Source: Sphagnum compactum (Eukaryota). Taken from it: 64,000 nt of DNA. Positions 11,598-24,412 of this stretch are shown in pieces (the stretch's first letter is position 1; the number at the start of each line of letters is the position of its first letter). Where the stretch lies: assembly GCA_965153455.1 (NCBI GenBank), contig OZ234493.1:32044213-32108212 (forward strand), written 5' to 3'. The translations under genes and the position numbers were made by a program. Below the pieces are notes generated by a model. It was not told the DNA's origin, did not search any database, and worked only from the letters and a program-made list of their open reading frames with translations.

Positions 11598-14500
11598 ATG
11601 ATGATGATCAAGGGAGTTTGTGGGTGGTGGGAATCGCAGGAAGAATTGGATGAGATGGTGGCATTGGAGCAATGGGATGGTTTGGCATTGAGCCAGCAGC
11701 TGAGTGAAGTCTGTCTTTACACTCCTCTTCACAGCCCTGATCTGAAGGAGATTGTAGTAGTTGAGACAAGTGTTGCAGAGCAGCTTTTGCAGCCGCTGGA
11801 GGAGGTAGAAGAGGTGAATCTGGCGGATCAGGAAGAAGAAAATGGTCGTGATGACTCACATGACCATATTTGCAGCCAAGATGTGTTCTGGTACCCACCC
11901 CCTTATTTCCTGAATTCCACCATCTCTTCAAATTTCCATGTAGTTCTTCTTCAAGCTTTGGGACTTGGGAGGAGCAAGTGTTTGGCTTTGATAATGATAG
12001 ATGGGTATTGGGTTTTTTTTGTTTTGGCGCAGCACCCCAGATTTCATCACTCCTATTGAGCAACAATTTCCTGTTCATTTTGATGTGAACAAGGTAAAAG
12101 CATGCTACACCCCTCCTGGTCCCAAATTGCTTTTTGTCAAGTATGAGGGCATCTTTTGAGTGTGGTTTTTGTCTGCACACATGTGGAAGTCATGCTTTAT
12201 GGAAGAATGTGTGAAGGTTTGGCTCTGGCTGTTTTTCAACTAATCAAGAGAAACTGTTTTCTAGATGCAGGACAACACCAGACAACGTATTAAGTCACCA
12301 ACAAGGTTGACACCTTTGCGATACAAGAGACCAAGACCAGGTAACATGAGCTGCAGTTGTCATGGCATGTCACAAAGGTCTGTTTGTGAACAAAGATAGG
12401 TGTGCAGTGTCTGACTGGTAGAAGTTTTCATTTTTTTATTTTTTTTTGGGTGTGTTCCTAGATCCTCAACTGCAACTATCGACCTGGTTGAAGGAAAACG
12501 AGCAAGTCCCACAACTAGAAGTTCCCTTGCTTCCAGAGAAGCCCAATTTGCAGAACGAGGATGGTGCAGGATCAATGAGAAGCAAGTTGGTGAAGGAGGG
12601 TGCTTGTGCATTCATGCCTTCGCATCCCGGTGTTAGGTCAAAGCATCACCGGGTTGATTCACCAGTCTGCATCCGCAATCCTTTTGTGCAAGGAGACTCA
12701 GAGGAAAATGCTGATACTTTGCAATCGGCAAGGCCACCAGGTGTGTGCATCATGGACATATGAAGGCTGGAGTGCACTGATTTAAGTTTTTTGGTCCATT
12801 TTTCCATTTCCCTTATCTGCTTTCTAGTTTGTTTGTGGTTTTCTTTGTTCCTCCTGCAATGTGTCTTGTGACGGTTTTCTAGAAAATCTCTACACATATC
12901 ATCAGCTTTTCTGAAGATCTCCAGTTCAAGTTGAATCAATCTTTCTATGGACCACAGAGTTTTCTGTAGAGGTTGAAGTCCCATGTCACCAAGGTTACTA
13001 GAGGAGATTCTCTGCTGTTTAAGGGTTTGATGAAAAAGAATTGTGGTGTGCAGTGCCGTTGGCACCAAGGTTTGCACAAAGTGGTATGTCCCGGTACAGT
13101 GAAGATTTTCATGAAATTCAGGTATGTAGGTAAACCTTACTTTGATGTCTTTATTTTTTTGTTTCATGGATTCATTATTTTTTCTGTAAGGAAAAAAGGT
13201 GTTTTTTCTTCTCTTCTTTTTCCTGACTTGTCTTGAATTCCAGGAGATTGGGCAGGGGAATTTCAGTCGAGTCTACAAAGTTCTAAAGCGCATTGATGGA
13301 TGTCTTTACGCAGTTAAACGTTCAATCCATCAACTCCATCAAGATTCCAGGAGGTACATTGTTGTTCCTGTGCTTCTCATGCAGCTGCTGTCAATCAGTG
13401 CAGAGTCCAGTTTTTTATGCACTTTACAAGTCAGGGGATCCAGTTGATATTGTAATGTGTGAAATGCTTACTTATTGCTCCTTCGATTTTCTAAAAGACT
13501 GAAAGTAGCCTTCTACTCTTTGATGCTGTAGGAAGCAAGCACTTACAGAGGTTCAAGCACTTGCAGCTATTGGTAAGGATCCTAAGCATTGATCATCTTT
13601 CCATTGTAAATAATTTCAGCAAAGTGTCCTGGGTTTTATGTTCAAGAGGTTCCATTATTGATCTGTATTGGTGGTGGAAATGAATGCAGGTATGCATGAA
13701 AATGTTGTGAGGTATCACACTGCGTGGTTTGAAAGTGACTATCTCTACATCCAGATGGAGCTCTGTGACTCCACCCTTGGCCAATATGCAGCTTCAATTC
13801 CAGCAGCTTCCTTGGAATGCTCATTGCTGACTGCCCTGTGGCAGGTGGGCTTCCTCTTCTTGCACTTTGAATCACATTACTGACCCATAACACCCCTCAC
13901 CCTTTTCTTTGGTTGCTTTGTGAAGTGATTGTGATCTATTTACAACAATTGTTGTAATGCTATCATTCCTGTTTTCCAAGCTTCAGAAGCAGATTTGGGC
14001 AAAGTTATTTGGTGAACTCATTGTGTTTTTATCCCCAGATGGCAAAGGCATTGTCACATATTCATGCAAAGGGATTGGTGCACCTGGACTTAAAGCCAGA
14101 CAACATCTATGTTCTTGATGGAGTTTTCAAGCTGGGTGACTTTGGATGCGCAACTCGCATTGATGGGAGTTTGAGCTTTGAGGAAGGTGATGCACGGTAC
14201 ATTCCTCTTGAGTTTCTCAATGAAGATTATACTCATCTCTGTAGTGTGGACATGTTTTCTCTTGGAGCTTCCATCTACGAGCTTGCAACAGGTGTCACAC
14301 TGCCATCTTCTGGGCCCACATACAAAGCTTTACGGGAGGGGAAACTGGCTGTCCCCCCTGGTTTCTCATCCTCATTTGAAAATCTTCTCAAGGTGGGTAG
14401 TGAGTCACCTTCTGTAAATGTGTGATAATCTTGGTCATTCTTGTATATGAGACAATGTCATTGGCTTGCACATTATTTAAAACCGTCTGAATGAAGACAT

Positions 14501-14795
14501 TGTATAACTGGATAGTAAACAGAGCTCTTGATCCAACAATGCTCACAAGGCCCAAACTACAACTGAACTTAGCAGCTGAAGATCTTGCTATAATTTCTTT
14601 GTTTTTAAAGACGCGATTATCGTTGTCTGTAAATTGTGATATCTTAAGTGATGTGAGCTGCTGGTGTTTATGCAGGAGCTGATGCATCCTAATGCAAAAA
14701 GGAGACCTTTGGCAGATGATGTACTCAAGCATCCTATATTCAGTAGGCGAACTTTGGGTATGAATTTATCTGAGGAAATAACGGCACTCACATGA
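11598..14795 (+). CDS. WEE1: WEE1-like protein kinase; exons 11598-11890, 12033-12093, 12271-12340, 12462-12740, 13054-13121, 13244-13353, 13532-13572, 13690-13844, 14039-14392, 14676-14795
   Basis: The spliced product contains plant WEE1 hallmarks 'SQDVFCTPDFITP', 'MSRYSEDFHEIQEIGQGNFSRVYKVLKRIDGCLYAVK', 'EVQALAAIGMHENVVRYHTAWFE', 'HLDLKPDNIY', 'KLGDFG' and 'EEGDARY'. All introns are GT-AG and frame-consistent; the exact start codon is uncertain. Confidence 0.92.
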
Positions 14796-17492
14796 GTCTG
14801 TCACGTGAGTAGCCCCATCATCTATTGTATAACTACGTGTTAGAATCTAGGACTAGAGCAACGGTTAAATTATCTCATAGAGCATCCGTCCATCACCAAT
14901 CAGTGTTGGGTTTCAAGAGCATTGACCACCCTGTTGAATCAGGGTGCTTGCAAGAAGGTACACACTACACACACACATAGAGGTGTGCAATCATTTTGGA
15001 AGAAGGATTTGGCAGGTGAGAAATATCCAGTCATGGTTCGGAGAGGCTTGTATTCCAATATTGGCAGCAGCATAGGGAAGCGGGCTTTGTTTTTGTCTCA
15101 TGCTCATACAAGTTTTTTGGCTTGAGGAAAGAACAAAGCAAATTGGAACGACACAGCATATTTTATGCTGTTGAAAAATTTGGTTTGTACATACTGTCTC
15201 AAAGAGACTCTATACTTCTATATACATGGGAAATCAAATTTCCCAAGTTTTTTTTAGGGTATCGCTTTTGCAGTTCATATTTCAACACAAATAAGACTAT
15301 GTACACTGCTGATTTCAATTAACATTTGGAAATGTGTCTAGATGGGAAAAACCCAACACAAGCCAGACTGGTGTCTATAAATGCTAACATGGCTTGGCTC
15401 TGGGTATGCATCTTCGGAGGCAATGGGAAGAAAATGTCATATTTTCATCTCCCAGTTGAAAAATTCTAAATTAATACACCTCAATGCAAAATGCCTCAAA
15501 TGTGAATTGGACATAAACCCAGTAGTACATAAACATCTACCCTTAATGCATCACCTCTCAAGGCAGTTGTTACATAGCAAACACAGCTGTAAAATACTAT
15601 CAGATGTAAATGAGAAGCCTTTTAATTGTATCCCATGTTGCTGTTCACAAGTCTCGTGTAACGGAAAATCTTTTGATTATATAACATATCATCGACACAA
15701 AGTACCCAAAACATGGTTTTCAAAAATCTTCGAATAATTTAGTTCACCCGTTGGCTCCTAACACCACTGTGGTATCTATTACTAGGTACTTACCATTGTG
15801 GTGAGTCCCAAAACACTAGCTAATCATTAATTACATTGACAAAGCAATTTGTCCTTTCCACCATCCCCTACTAAACCAAAAGCCAAGATGGTGACACAGT
15901 ACACCTAGTTCAAAATACCTCAAAAAACAAACACACACACACACACACACAACAGAGTGAGAACAAATGTTTGTATAGCAATATAATGACAAGCCACAAA
16001 ATAGAGAGAACTGAAAGACATACAACATACATTGGCACACATTGCATTTTGAGCCTGTTTTCCAATAGCATCACAATCAGATGTATGGACAAAAACAGTT
16101 TGACAATGGTAAAGCAATTTTTGTGTCAGTTCCAGCAAAACCAAAACAAACAGGACTAGGAGGGTCATAACCTTGAGAGTGTCACTCTCAAGTGTTAGAC
16201 CAGCACCTTCATAGATTGCAGTAGCTCCAACGTACAATATCAGCTGTTTCAACCTAGGCCTGTCGAACATACATCCAGACAAAAGGACAGTTTCAAAGAT
16301 TTTCCAAATTTCTTTTGAAGTCAAGGTCGTTACTGCAGCTATATTTTACTTGATCTAACCTTTGCAATCCATGGACTGAAGCTGTTTCATGACACTTGCA
16401 TTCAGACTGCCACAGCACATTGTGGATCCATGCCGAGTTAGCTTAAATCCTTTGGTTTTCTTACTTCTCAAACTGCCACAAATTGGACCTATTTGGTAAC
16501 ATGCCTGCTTACACAAGAGGGAATGGTCGAAAGGTTGCCCCTCCATTTCTTCAGCAGTATCAAAAACCCAGTAATAGAGACCTTATTTCAATTCAGCTAA
16601 ATCTTCATGAGAGCTCCACAATAAGCTTTATTGACACACGGAACTGTAAAGACAAGCACCATTTCCACAGGACCAATCCAATACGCAACACTGGAACATA
16701 AAGAGTTTCAATTACAGATGACACAAATGCATGACATCATATTCTTCACGAGAGTAGACTACATGATTATCTCCATCGCTCATATAAGGCTCCTGAACCA
16801 CTGGTCATAAAATTGTCTGCGAGGATGAACACCTGCAGTTCAGAATGAGACACAAAATTCAAAGTGTGTTGCAATGGAGAAGGCAGCACACAAGCAGAAA
16901 TATATCACCTACTCAGCAGGGTGTTTAATAACATCAAGGACCCAATAGTCAGTCACATTCATCAGGAACAGCTAGTGAAAACAGAAAGAATTTGGATCTC
17001 CAGATATTACAAAACAAGGCTGATCTTTCTCAATCTTCAGACTTTCAAATAAAACCAAACACCCCTCAAACATGCAAGATCATGAAAGATTACCTCAGAA
17101 TGATCAGCATGAGAAGAAAACTTTGTCTTGCTCCTTGATGTTCAGGTGAAAGATGCCAGAGATCACACCACAACACCAGCCTTTCCAAATGCTCCACTCT
17201 GATGACCATCTGGCAAGGGAAAAGAACTCTCTATGCAGCCCATTTGGTATGGGTTGCACCTAGGCTACTTGCAGCTTCTGGCAGACAATAGGGCATCCTA
17301 TTTTTCATGTCCACAGAGCTGCAACAGATGGACCAACAGTGCTTGACGCTAAGCTTGGGCAAAGCAGGATAGAGAGTAAGAGAAAGAAGCAGACAATGAG
17401 AGAAAGAAAAACAGGTCAGAGAACCAAGTCTCTTCTGTTCTTGGGCTTCCCTGCTTCATGAGGCAGGAAAGAGAGAGTGACAGTCAATAGTC

Positions 17493-20400
17493 CTATACAA
17501 TAGAGATTCTAAAAGTGCTGCACAAGTGTCCCAATGCTGTCTGGTTTGAGGGTTCCAAGCCCTGGATTATGGAGGGCAACTTCCCAGGCTGTTGTGAGGA
17601 AACACCACCCAATGTCTTTGCAAGAAACTCTTTTGGGTCCTTGACATCCTTTAAAGGGTCATCCTCTGCCTTTGAAGAATTGTGCAGCTGTGCATAAACA
17701 GCAGTGTAACCAACCACCTCATCTAAGTCTGGAACATCCTGCTCTTCATCAACCCTTTCTTCTTCTGGTTTGACCAGAAGTGTCACAACACTATTGAGAA
17801 GCTTCCCACAGTAGGGGGTGGCTGAGCCTTCCAGCAGTGGTGTAAACAGCATGGAGGCAGCCACAGCACAAAGCTTGATTTCTGTCTCTCCAGTGATGGA
17901 TGAGAGATTTGGTGACCAGACATTGTCCAGGATACTGAGAAACAAATTTGGCTGCACTGAGTTTACTGTGTCAATAACCTTTGAAGGGCCATGCTTCACA
18001 ACAAAAAGGGAAGCAAATATAATGAGTGACTTTATGAACTTTCCAGTGCTCCGATATTGCAGCCTGGAAAAGAGAATGGTCCAGATCTGACCCATGTAGG
18101 GAGAGAGCACTTCAAAGCTAACATTCTCAATAACAGTGTTCAGGATGAAGAACCCCTGGTGGTCAGTGTTCTTGGAGGCAACAAGCTTCTCAAAAACTCC
18201 CAACACTTGTGGCAGCTGGTTCCCTTGATTGATCTCTTGTGGAGCCTTCTGGAGATATGCTTGCAGAAGCCTCACTAAACCAGGTACATTGGCTTGGCGC
18301 TGCCACAAAATGGGTGTCAACAGCGGAGGAAAGAATGCAATATAGTTCGGAGGAAGTGGAGGCATTCGGCTCTCAATCAACTGTGCCATAATCTGGAAGA
18401 CATATGGGGCAAACTCTGTCACATCCTGCTCCAATACACTCTGGAAAACAGGAAGCAACATGTTTTCAAACACTGTTACTTGCTCTGGATCCCTTTCACA
18501 TGCCTTTTTCACTAGGGCTGCAACTGCTTCAAAGAGATAGTGGTTGAAACTGGGGTTGGAAGGATTCTTGCAAACCTCTGCAAGAATACCTGTCAGCTCA
18601 GCCAAGCATTGTGGAGCAAAAGGCCCAGCATCTGCAATGGATAAAACTCTCATAATACACCTCATGATGTAGGAATTCTCCTGAGATTCTGGAAGCTTGA
18701 GGGCGCTGAAGAGATTTGTGAGAAGAGGTTGCAAAAATGGAGCTAGGTCAGCTGCTGTATAACGCAGCTGCTTCCCATCCTTAAGTGCCAATAGCTTCTC
18801 AATGCACAGAGCTGCATAAGAGTGCACCACATTTGACTCAGCAACCAGAAATCCTATCAACTGTGGCATCAACTCCAATGTTAATTGCTTGCGAATCTGA
18901 CTGCGGAAGGTTGTGAAGAACTTCAAAGCATCGGCCTTCAAGATTGCATTTGAATTCACATCCTGAACCCGAAGCTCTGGCACTATTTGAGAGTCAAAAA
19001 ATTGTTCAATGTTCACAAGGTCAGTGCCAGTAGCCCCCAGTGATGCCTGCCGGGGTGCCAAAGTCACTATCAAGTATAGCGCACAATCCTTTGCTTTCCA
19101 GTTCTGGGCCGGATTGGCTGCATACTCTTGGATCATGTTCTGAAGATACCCAGAGAACATTGATGTCACCTGTTCTCGGTAATGTGTTGACAACCCTTTC
19201 ACAAGCTCACATGCAATTCTCCTCCTGCAACAGAAGATCATGAGATCCATTTAGGAATATTGCCAGTACAAATCAGCAAAGCCACTGTTAATTTTCCACT
19301 ATCATACTGAAACACCCTGCTGCAAGGAGACTTGTACTGAGCAACATGTTGCTGAAGTAACTGAATGGCCTGGCTCAATTGCAAAGCCAGAGCGATTGTG
19401 CTTCTCCAATCTGAAGACCATAAGATGTGTCTGCTCATTCAAGAAATTGTGACACTCGGGAAAAAATATACCATATATGCTTGAGATCACTGCAAATCAT
19501 AGACGAAAAAGTATCTGTTTCCAGACAACTTGAGTTGGAATCAAGAACAGAGCATATTTACCTTGTGTCCATGTCACTGCCTTCTACATCCCTCCTGATG
19601 TACTCCACATGATTCATCTCAAAGAGCTCTTCATCCTCATCTCGAATCCTCACATTGGGAATAACAATGCTCTCAGAAATCTGTTTTAGGGTTGCAGGAT
19701 CACTAAAGAGCTTGTGATGCACACTCTTGCTCACAGTAGTGAGAAACTTGATCGCAGTGGTTGCCAACCAATCCTGACTGGTAGAGATAGAAACCGACAT
19801 AAGAAGACTCCAAACATCTGTCGCAAATTGGCCCAAGTAGCCCTGAAACTCCTCCTCATTCTTCTCCATGTAAAGATTGATGTTCTCACAAATGGCTGCT
19901 TTGAGTTCATCAATGACACTGGTTTTCTCAGGATCTGTCTCTTGGACATGGGGATTGGTGTAAATCAAATACTTGTGAAACTCACCCATCCATTCAGCCA
20001 TATGGTTCTCAAAAAACTCAGGAAGCTCCTGGAAATTCAGTGAGTAGAAAATACGACAGGAAAGGCGTTGACATTCCAATGCAGGCTTCAAAATTGCTGG
20101 GTTTTCTGAACTTGATCCAATGACCTGTCCTGTCTTCAGGAAAATCTCAAGTAAAGGTGCGGCGAACCCATCTAGGCAGTACTTCAAATCAGTGAAAAGT
20201 TCATTACTCTTGTATTGGTATCTGAAGCGCTTGAAAATGGAATTTGAGGTCTGAAGAATGCCATTGATGATATTGTAGTCAGTTGCAGATCGGAGGCTCA
20301 CAACAAGCTCAGGCAATAAGGTTTGCCACTTACTTGGAAAATCATGTTGACTCATGATGGAAAGAGCTTCACTAAGCTGGGACTGGATTTTGGGAGGTGT

Positions 20401-20724
20401 GCTGAGCATGAGTGTGACAATCAAACCCTTGATCTGCTCCTTCTCAGGGTCTTGAATGGGGTTAAGAGCAGGTGGGAAGTCTGGGTCCAGAGGAGTTGCC
20501 CATCGATACTTCACATGGTTCTTGAAGTTAACAGCTGCCGCTTGTCGTACCTGAGCATCCACCAAAGGATCTGAGAGCAGACGAAGGATTGTAATTCCAT
20601 ACCCAGGTTGATCAGCTACTTGTTTCAGGAAAGTTTCTGCCTGTTTCCTTGGTTCCGGATTCGGTGCAAGTGTTTGCAGAAAACAGCTAGACAATGTCTT
20701 TACTGTCTCCTCCGTGTATTGCAT
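17493..20724 (-). CDS. CSE1: Exportin-2 / CSE1 / CAS importin-alpha re-exporter; exons 20724-19562 and 19224-17493
   Basis: IBN_N start '[13 protein letters not shown]', 'IQSQLSEAL...DFP.KW..LLP', '[15 protein letters not shown]', '[26 protein letters not shown]', '[14 protein letters not shown]', '[10 protein letters not shown]' and '[11 protein letters not shown]'. One GT-AG intron at 19561-19225; probable 5'UTR intron at 21192-20775. Confidence 0.95.
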
Positions 20725-22862
20725 CTTGGCAGAACACACTTCAGTTCCACACTTTCAAATTTTCGTTTTTCCCCCTGTAGAAACCCTAAATCTCTACACT
20801 TCCTGTCTCTTGCACTGAGAGCCAAAGTTGCAACAAAAACCTCCCACTTCTTTGCAAAACTGCAAACTACAGAATCCAACGTTCAACACAGCGGAGTGAA
20901 AAATCTCAAAAATCCCTCACTTAAGCAACGATAACAACAACAACAACAACAACAACAAAGCAAGGCAGAGATAGATAGTTCCAAACAACTGTTATACAAA
21001 AAACAACAGAGGAAGAGGAGCTACTTATGACCTACAAACTTGGGATGCAAGTAAACAGTGGCACTCGTTTCGCTTGCTTGCATCCCAAGACAAGACAAGA
21101 TTAGACCGATTCTTTCTTCCTTAAACTTTTATTAAAAAACCAAAAAATATTCACACAACAACGAAAAAAGAGACGAGGAAACCGAGACGTACCAGGGAGC
21201 GCAAACAACAAATAGAGAGTTCCCCAGAGAAGCGAAATCTTTCTTAGTGCTGCTACTCCAACTCCAGCCTTGGAAATAGTCTTCCAGTAGGGTGAAAAAG
21301 AACAGAAAGAAAGAAAAGAAAGTTCCAAGAGGCGAACCAAGAAAAAAAGCAACAAAAGGAGTTGAGGCTACTATGGAAGACAAAAGAGAATTGCAGCTAG
21401 AGGGGAAAAAAAAAGGGGAGGGAAAAGAACTGAGAGAGAAAAAGAAGAGAGCGCGCGCGCAAGAGAGAGAAGAAAGACAGAGACAGAGAGAGAATACACA
21501 AAGCAGGCAAAAAACACAAAACGCACAACAACAGGCGCTCAAAGGACACGACAAAGACCTAACCCTAGAACCATTATGAAAGGCTGCACACCTCCTCATG
21601 GATGTCACATCCGTGAAGAGGTGGATGAATACAGATATTGGTTATGATATTTCTCGTCCTTGGACAATTGATTTTGCATAATTCTTTGAATGCTAGTCCT
21701 TGGACAATTTCAAAAATAATAATTTTGGAAACAATTATTTTATCATTTTCAAGCCTAATTATCTCACTTTAAAAAAAATAAAATAAACTTCTTTCTTACT
21801 AACTTTCCTAATGATTACCTAAATAATTTTTCTATTAAAGAATGACAAATGTTTTTTGGATAGATCATAAACCTATTCATTTTTCATTTAAATTACCTAA
21901 TCATGTCTCATGATTTCATTGCCTATAATGTTCATTTGCTTGACATATAACAATGGGTAGAACCATTACACGATGAACTGCTTGTTTTTAGTTTCGATTG
22001 GGGGTTTTTGGACGATGTGAGAAAAAAATTGGGAGAAAGAGGGTTTTTTTTTGTAGGAAAGAAGGATATTATTGTTGGGGACTTTTTTTGGTTTAGTTTT
22101 GGGAAATTAAGGGGAATTTTGTGTGTGTGTTTTTGTTTTTGGTGAGGGGGATGGGGATTATTTTTAAAGATGCAAATAAAATTTTGAAAGGAGAAGGATT
22201 TTTGTGAGGGCAAAGGGTAATATATTGGTAGAGGGGAAATGGGGTTTTGTGGGCTTAGGGCAAAACATAATACCTCATTGTTGGTCACTATTTGATCAAA
22301 CTCCATGAGTTGAAAGAAAGATATTTTGTACGGTCCCTAGAGGTTGAAGAGAAAAATTGTGACATTCTTTTTTTGTTCAAAGATCACACATGAAATAACA
22401 TAACTGAACATCAATGGTGTTCGAGAGTTCATGTGTCAAATCGATGGAGCCATAACTTTTGTTGATATCAATCTTGTTGCTTTCTTTTCCTCGCTATAGT
22501 GCCCTTGCTCTAAAGGTTGGCAAATAATGAATTTTTTGAAGTCCTTTGCATCGGTGAGATAGTAGTAGTAGTACGATAGAAACATCAACTTTAATACTTA
22601 AAACACTAAGAGAATTATAACATTTTTAATGACTATTTTATTGCTTCTCTAAAGTTGAAAGACATGTTGTAATTTGTCACCATGCGACACCCATAGCCAC
22701 TTAGATCACAACCTTTGGTTAAAAAACAAGAGAGATATGCCTCTCAAAGTTGGACACCTTGTGGTTGGCAAGATCAGTGTTGGGCAGTTCTTAGAATCGG
22801 CGACAAATACCCACTAGTTATCAATGCAAGTATATGCGCACCCACTTACTCATTGGCTACAG

Positions 22863-23389
22863 CTTCATCAGATGATATTCCACATGATAGGAGTTCAGGT
22901 GTTGTTCAATTGGTAGACTTCAAGTTGGTTGATTTTTGTGTGTGTTTGTGTTGAGGTATTCACATATTGTTGTGGTATTGTTGTTGCAGGGAATATAGGC
23001 ATGGCAAGAGACAGAGGTATGTTCCAGGGGGAAGGAACTGTTGAAAGACATTTCAACAAACAAAGCTTATTTTTGGCTTTTTGTAGCATATAGGCAGCAT
23101 GGAAGAGTGCTCATACAGCATTTGCTTACATTATTTCCTATATCTGCTCTACAGCAAGATGGGAATTTGCATATCTAACTGATACCATTCAATGCTTTAC
23201 CAGAGGTAGATTGGCTTTGAATTTTGTACATTTCAGCATTGGTGAATCTGAGTCAGGGTACAAGGCATAAAGATCAGGAACGTATTCTTTGCAGGTCCTG
23301 GCTTTTCAGAGCTTTTGAAACCAGACATTGTTGTGCCACTACTTGAAAACCTTCAGCTCGAAGAACATCTTGCTCCTTACTTGCCAGGG
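22863..23389 (+). pseudogene. RPN13: Truncated relic of 26S proteasome ubiquitin receptor RPN13 (three internal exons: about 22863-22925, 22990-23016, 23295-23389)
   Basis: Exons with CAG acceptors and GT donors translate to 'SSDDIPHDRSSGVVQLVDF', 'NIGMARDRG' and 'PGFSELLKPDIVVPLLENLQLEEHLAPYLPG'. These resemble my recollection of plant RPN13 (SSGPVKLADLQ...[29 protein letters not shown]). No Pru-domain or C-terminal exons are visible and the first exon has lost its donor. Confidence 0.65.
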
Positions 23390-23869
23390 GTATTTGTTAC
23401 TCTTTTTTGCATTTCACCTTGTCTCCTGAATTACTTTCAGGATATAGAAGTTCCCAACTGTAGACCTTCTAACCTTATGCCTCCTAGTGTCCATTGCATG
23501 CCCAAAATGTGCACAAAAGGACCCAATTTTGGTGTTTGGGCATCATTATTACGCCTCCTAGTGTCTATTACACAACTGAAGCATGCATATTATAAGACCC
23601 AAATTTTGTCTCTGTGCATCATTGATCTTTTTTATAAAAAGATACGCCTCCTAGTCTCCATTACATGGCCAAAGCATGTGTAATAAATAGGACACAAAAT
23701 TTGTGTCTGAGCAGCAACAAGATGTGTATGGTCATCCTCAGACTCATCTTGGTTGGGCAATTAGGCAGTCAGGAAAAAAAGAAGCAGATGGTACTTCTGC
23801 ACTGTTTATAATAAGGACCCATTGTGGTAGGTAAGGCCCAATGAGCGGCCAGTACCAAAATAAGGGTTC

Positions 23870-24412
23870 ATCTCCAAACCACTTTGAATGATATGGTGAT
23901 GAACACACCTGCCCTCTTCAAGTGCAATCAAGCTAGCACATGCATTCGGCACCCCCACAAAAGTAACAGAGTTTGGCTGCACACCTTGCTGCTGCATTCA
24001 TCAATATAGTTCCAGCGCCTTCTGCCCTTGCCCATATTTCACATGTCCCAATATCATGGCGCTTCAAGTGACCACATCTCGAGATGGCATCTTGTTGAAC
24101 ACTCTCCAACGCTCCTCAACGCTCCCACATTTTGCATACATGTCAACCAAGCTACTCCCCCACAAAGACATCTGACTCCAAACCACTTTGAAGGATCTGG
24201 TAATGTACATATGTGCCCTCTTCAAGTGCAACCACACTGGCACATTCATTCAGCACCCCCACAAAAAGCAACCAAGTCTGATTGAAAACCCTCCTGTTGT
24301 ATTTGTCGAAATCGTTCCAGGACCTTCTTCCCTTGCCTGCATTTCACATGTTCCAATATGGTGGCGTTCTAAGTGACCACATTTCGAGATGGCATCTTGC
24401 TGAACACTCCGG
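23870..24412 (-). pseudogene. Frameshifted PLS-class pentatricopeptide repeat (PPR) fragment
   Basis: 'SSLVDMYAKCGSVEERWRVFNKMPSRDVVT*' and 'MQQQGVQPNSVTFVGVPNACASLIALEEGRCVHHHIIQSGLE'; about 2 P-L-S units broken by stops and frameshifts. Confidence 0.85.

Noticed and set aside
21101..21608. Lys/Glu/Arg-rich and Phe/Leu/Ser-rich ORFs
   Set aside because: They come from the CT-rich 5' leader of the exportin-2 gene and are a compositional artefact.
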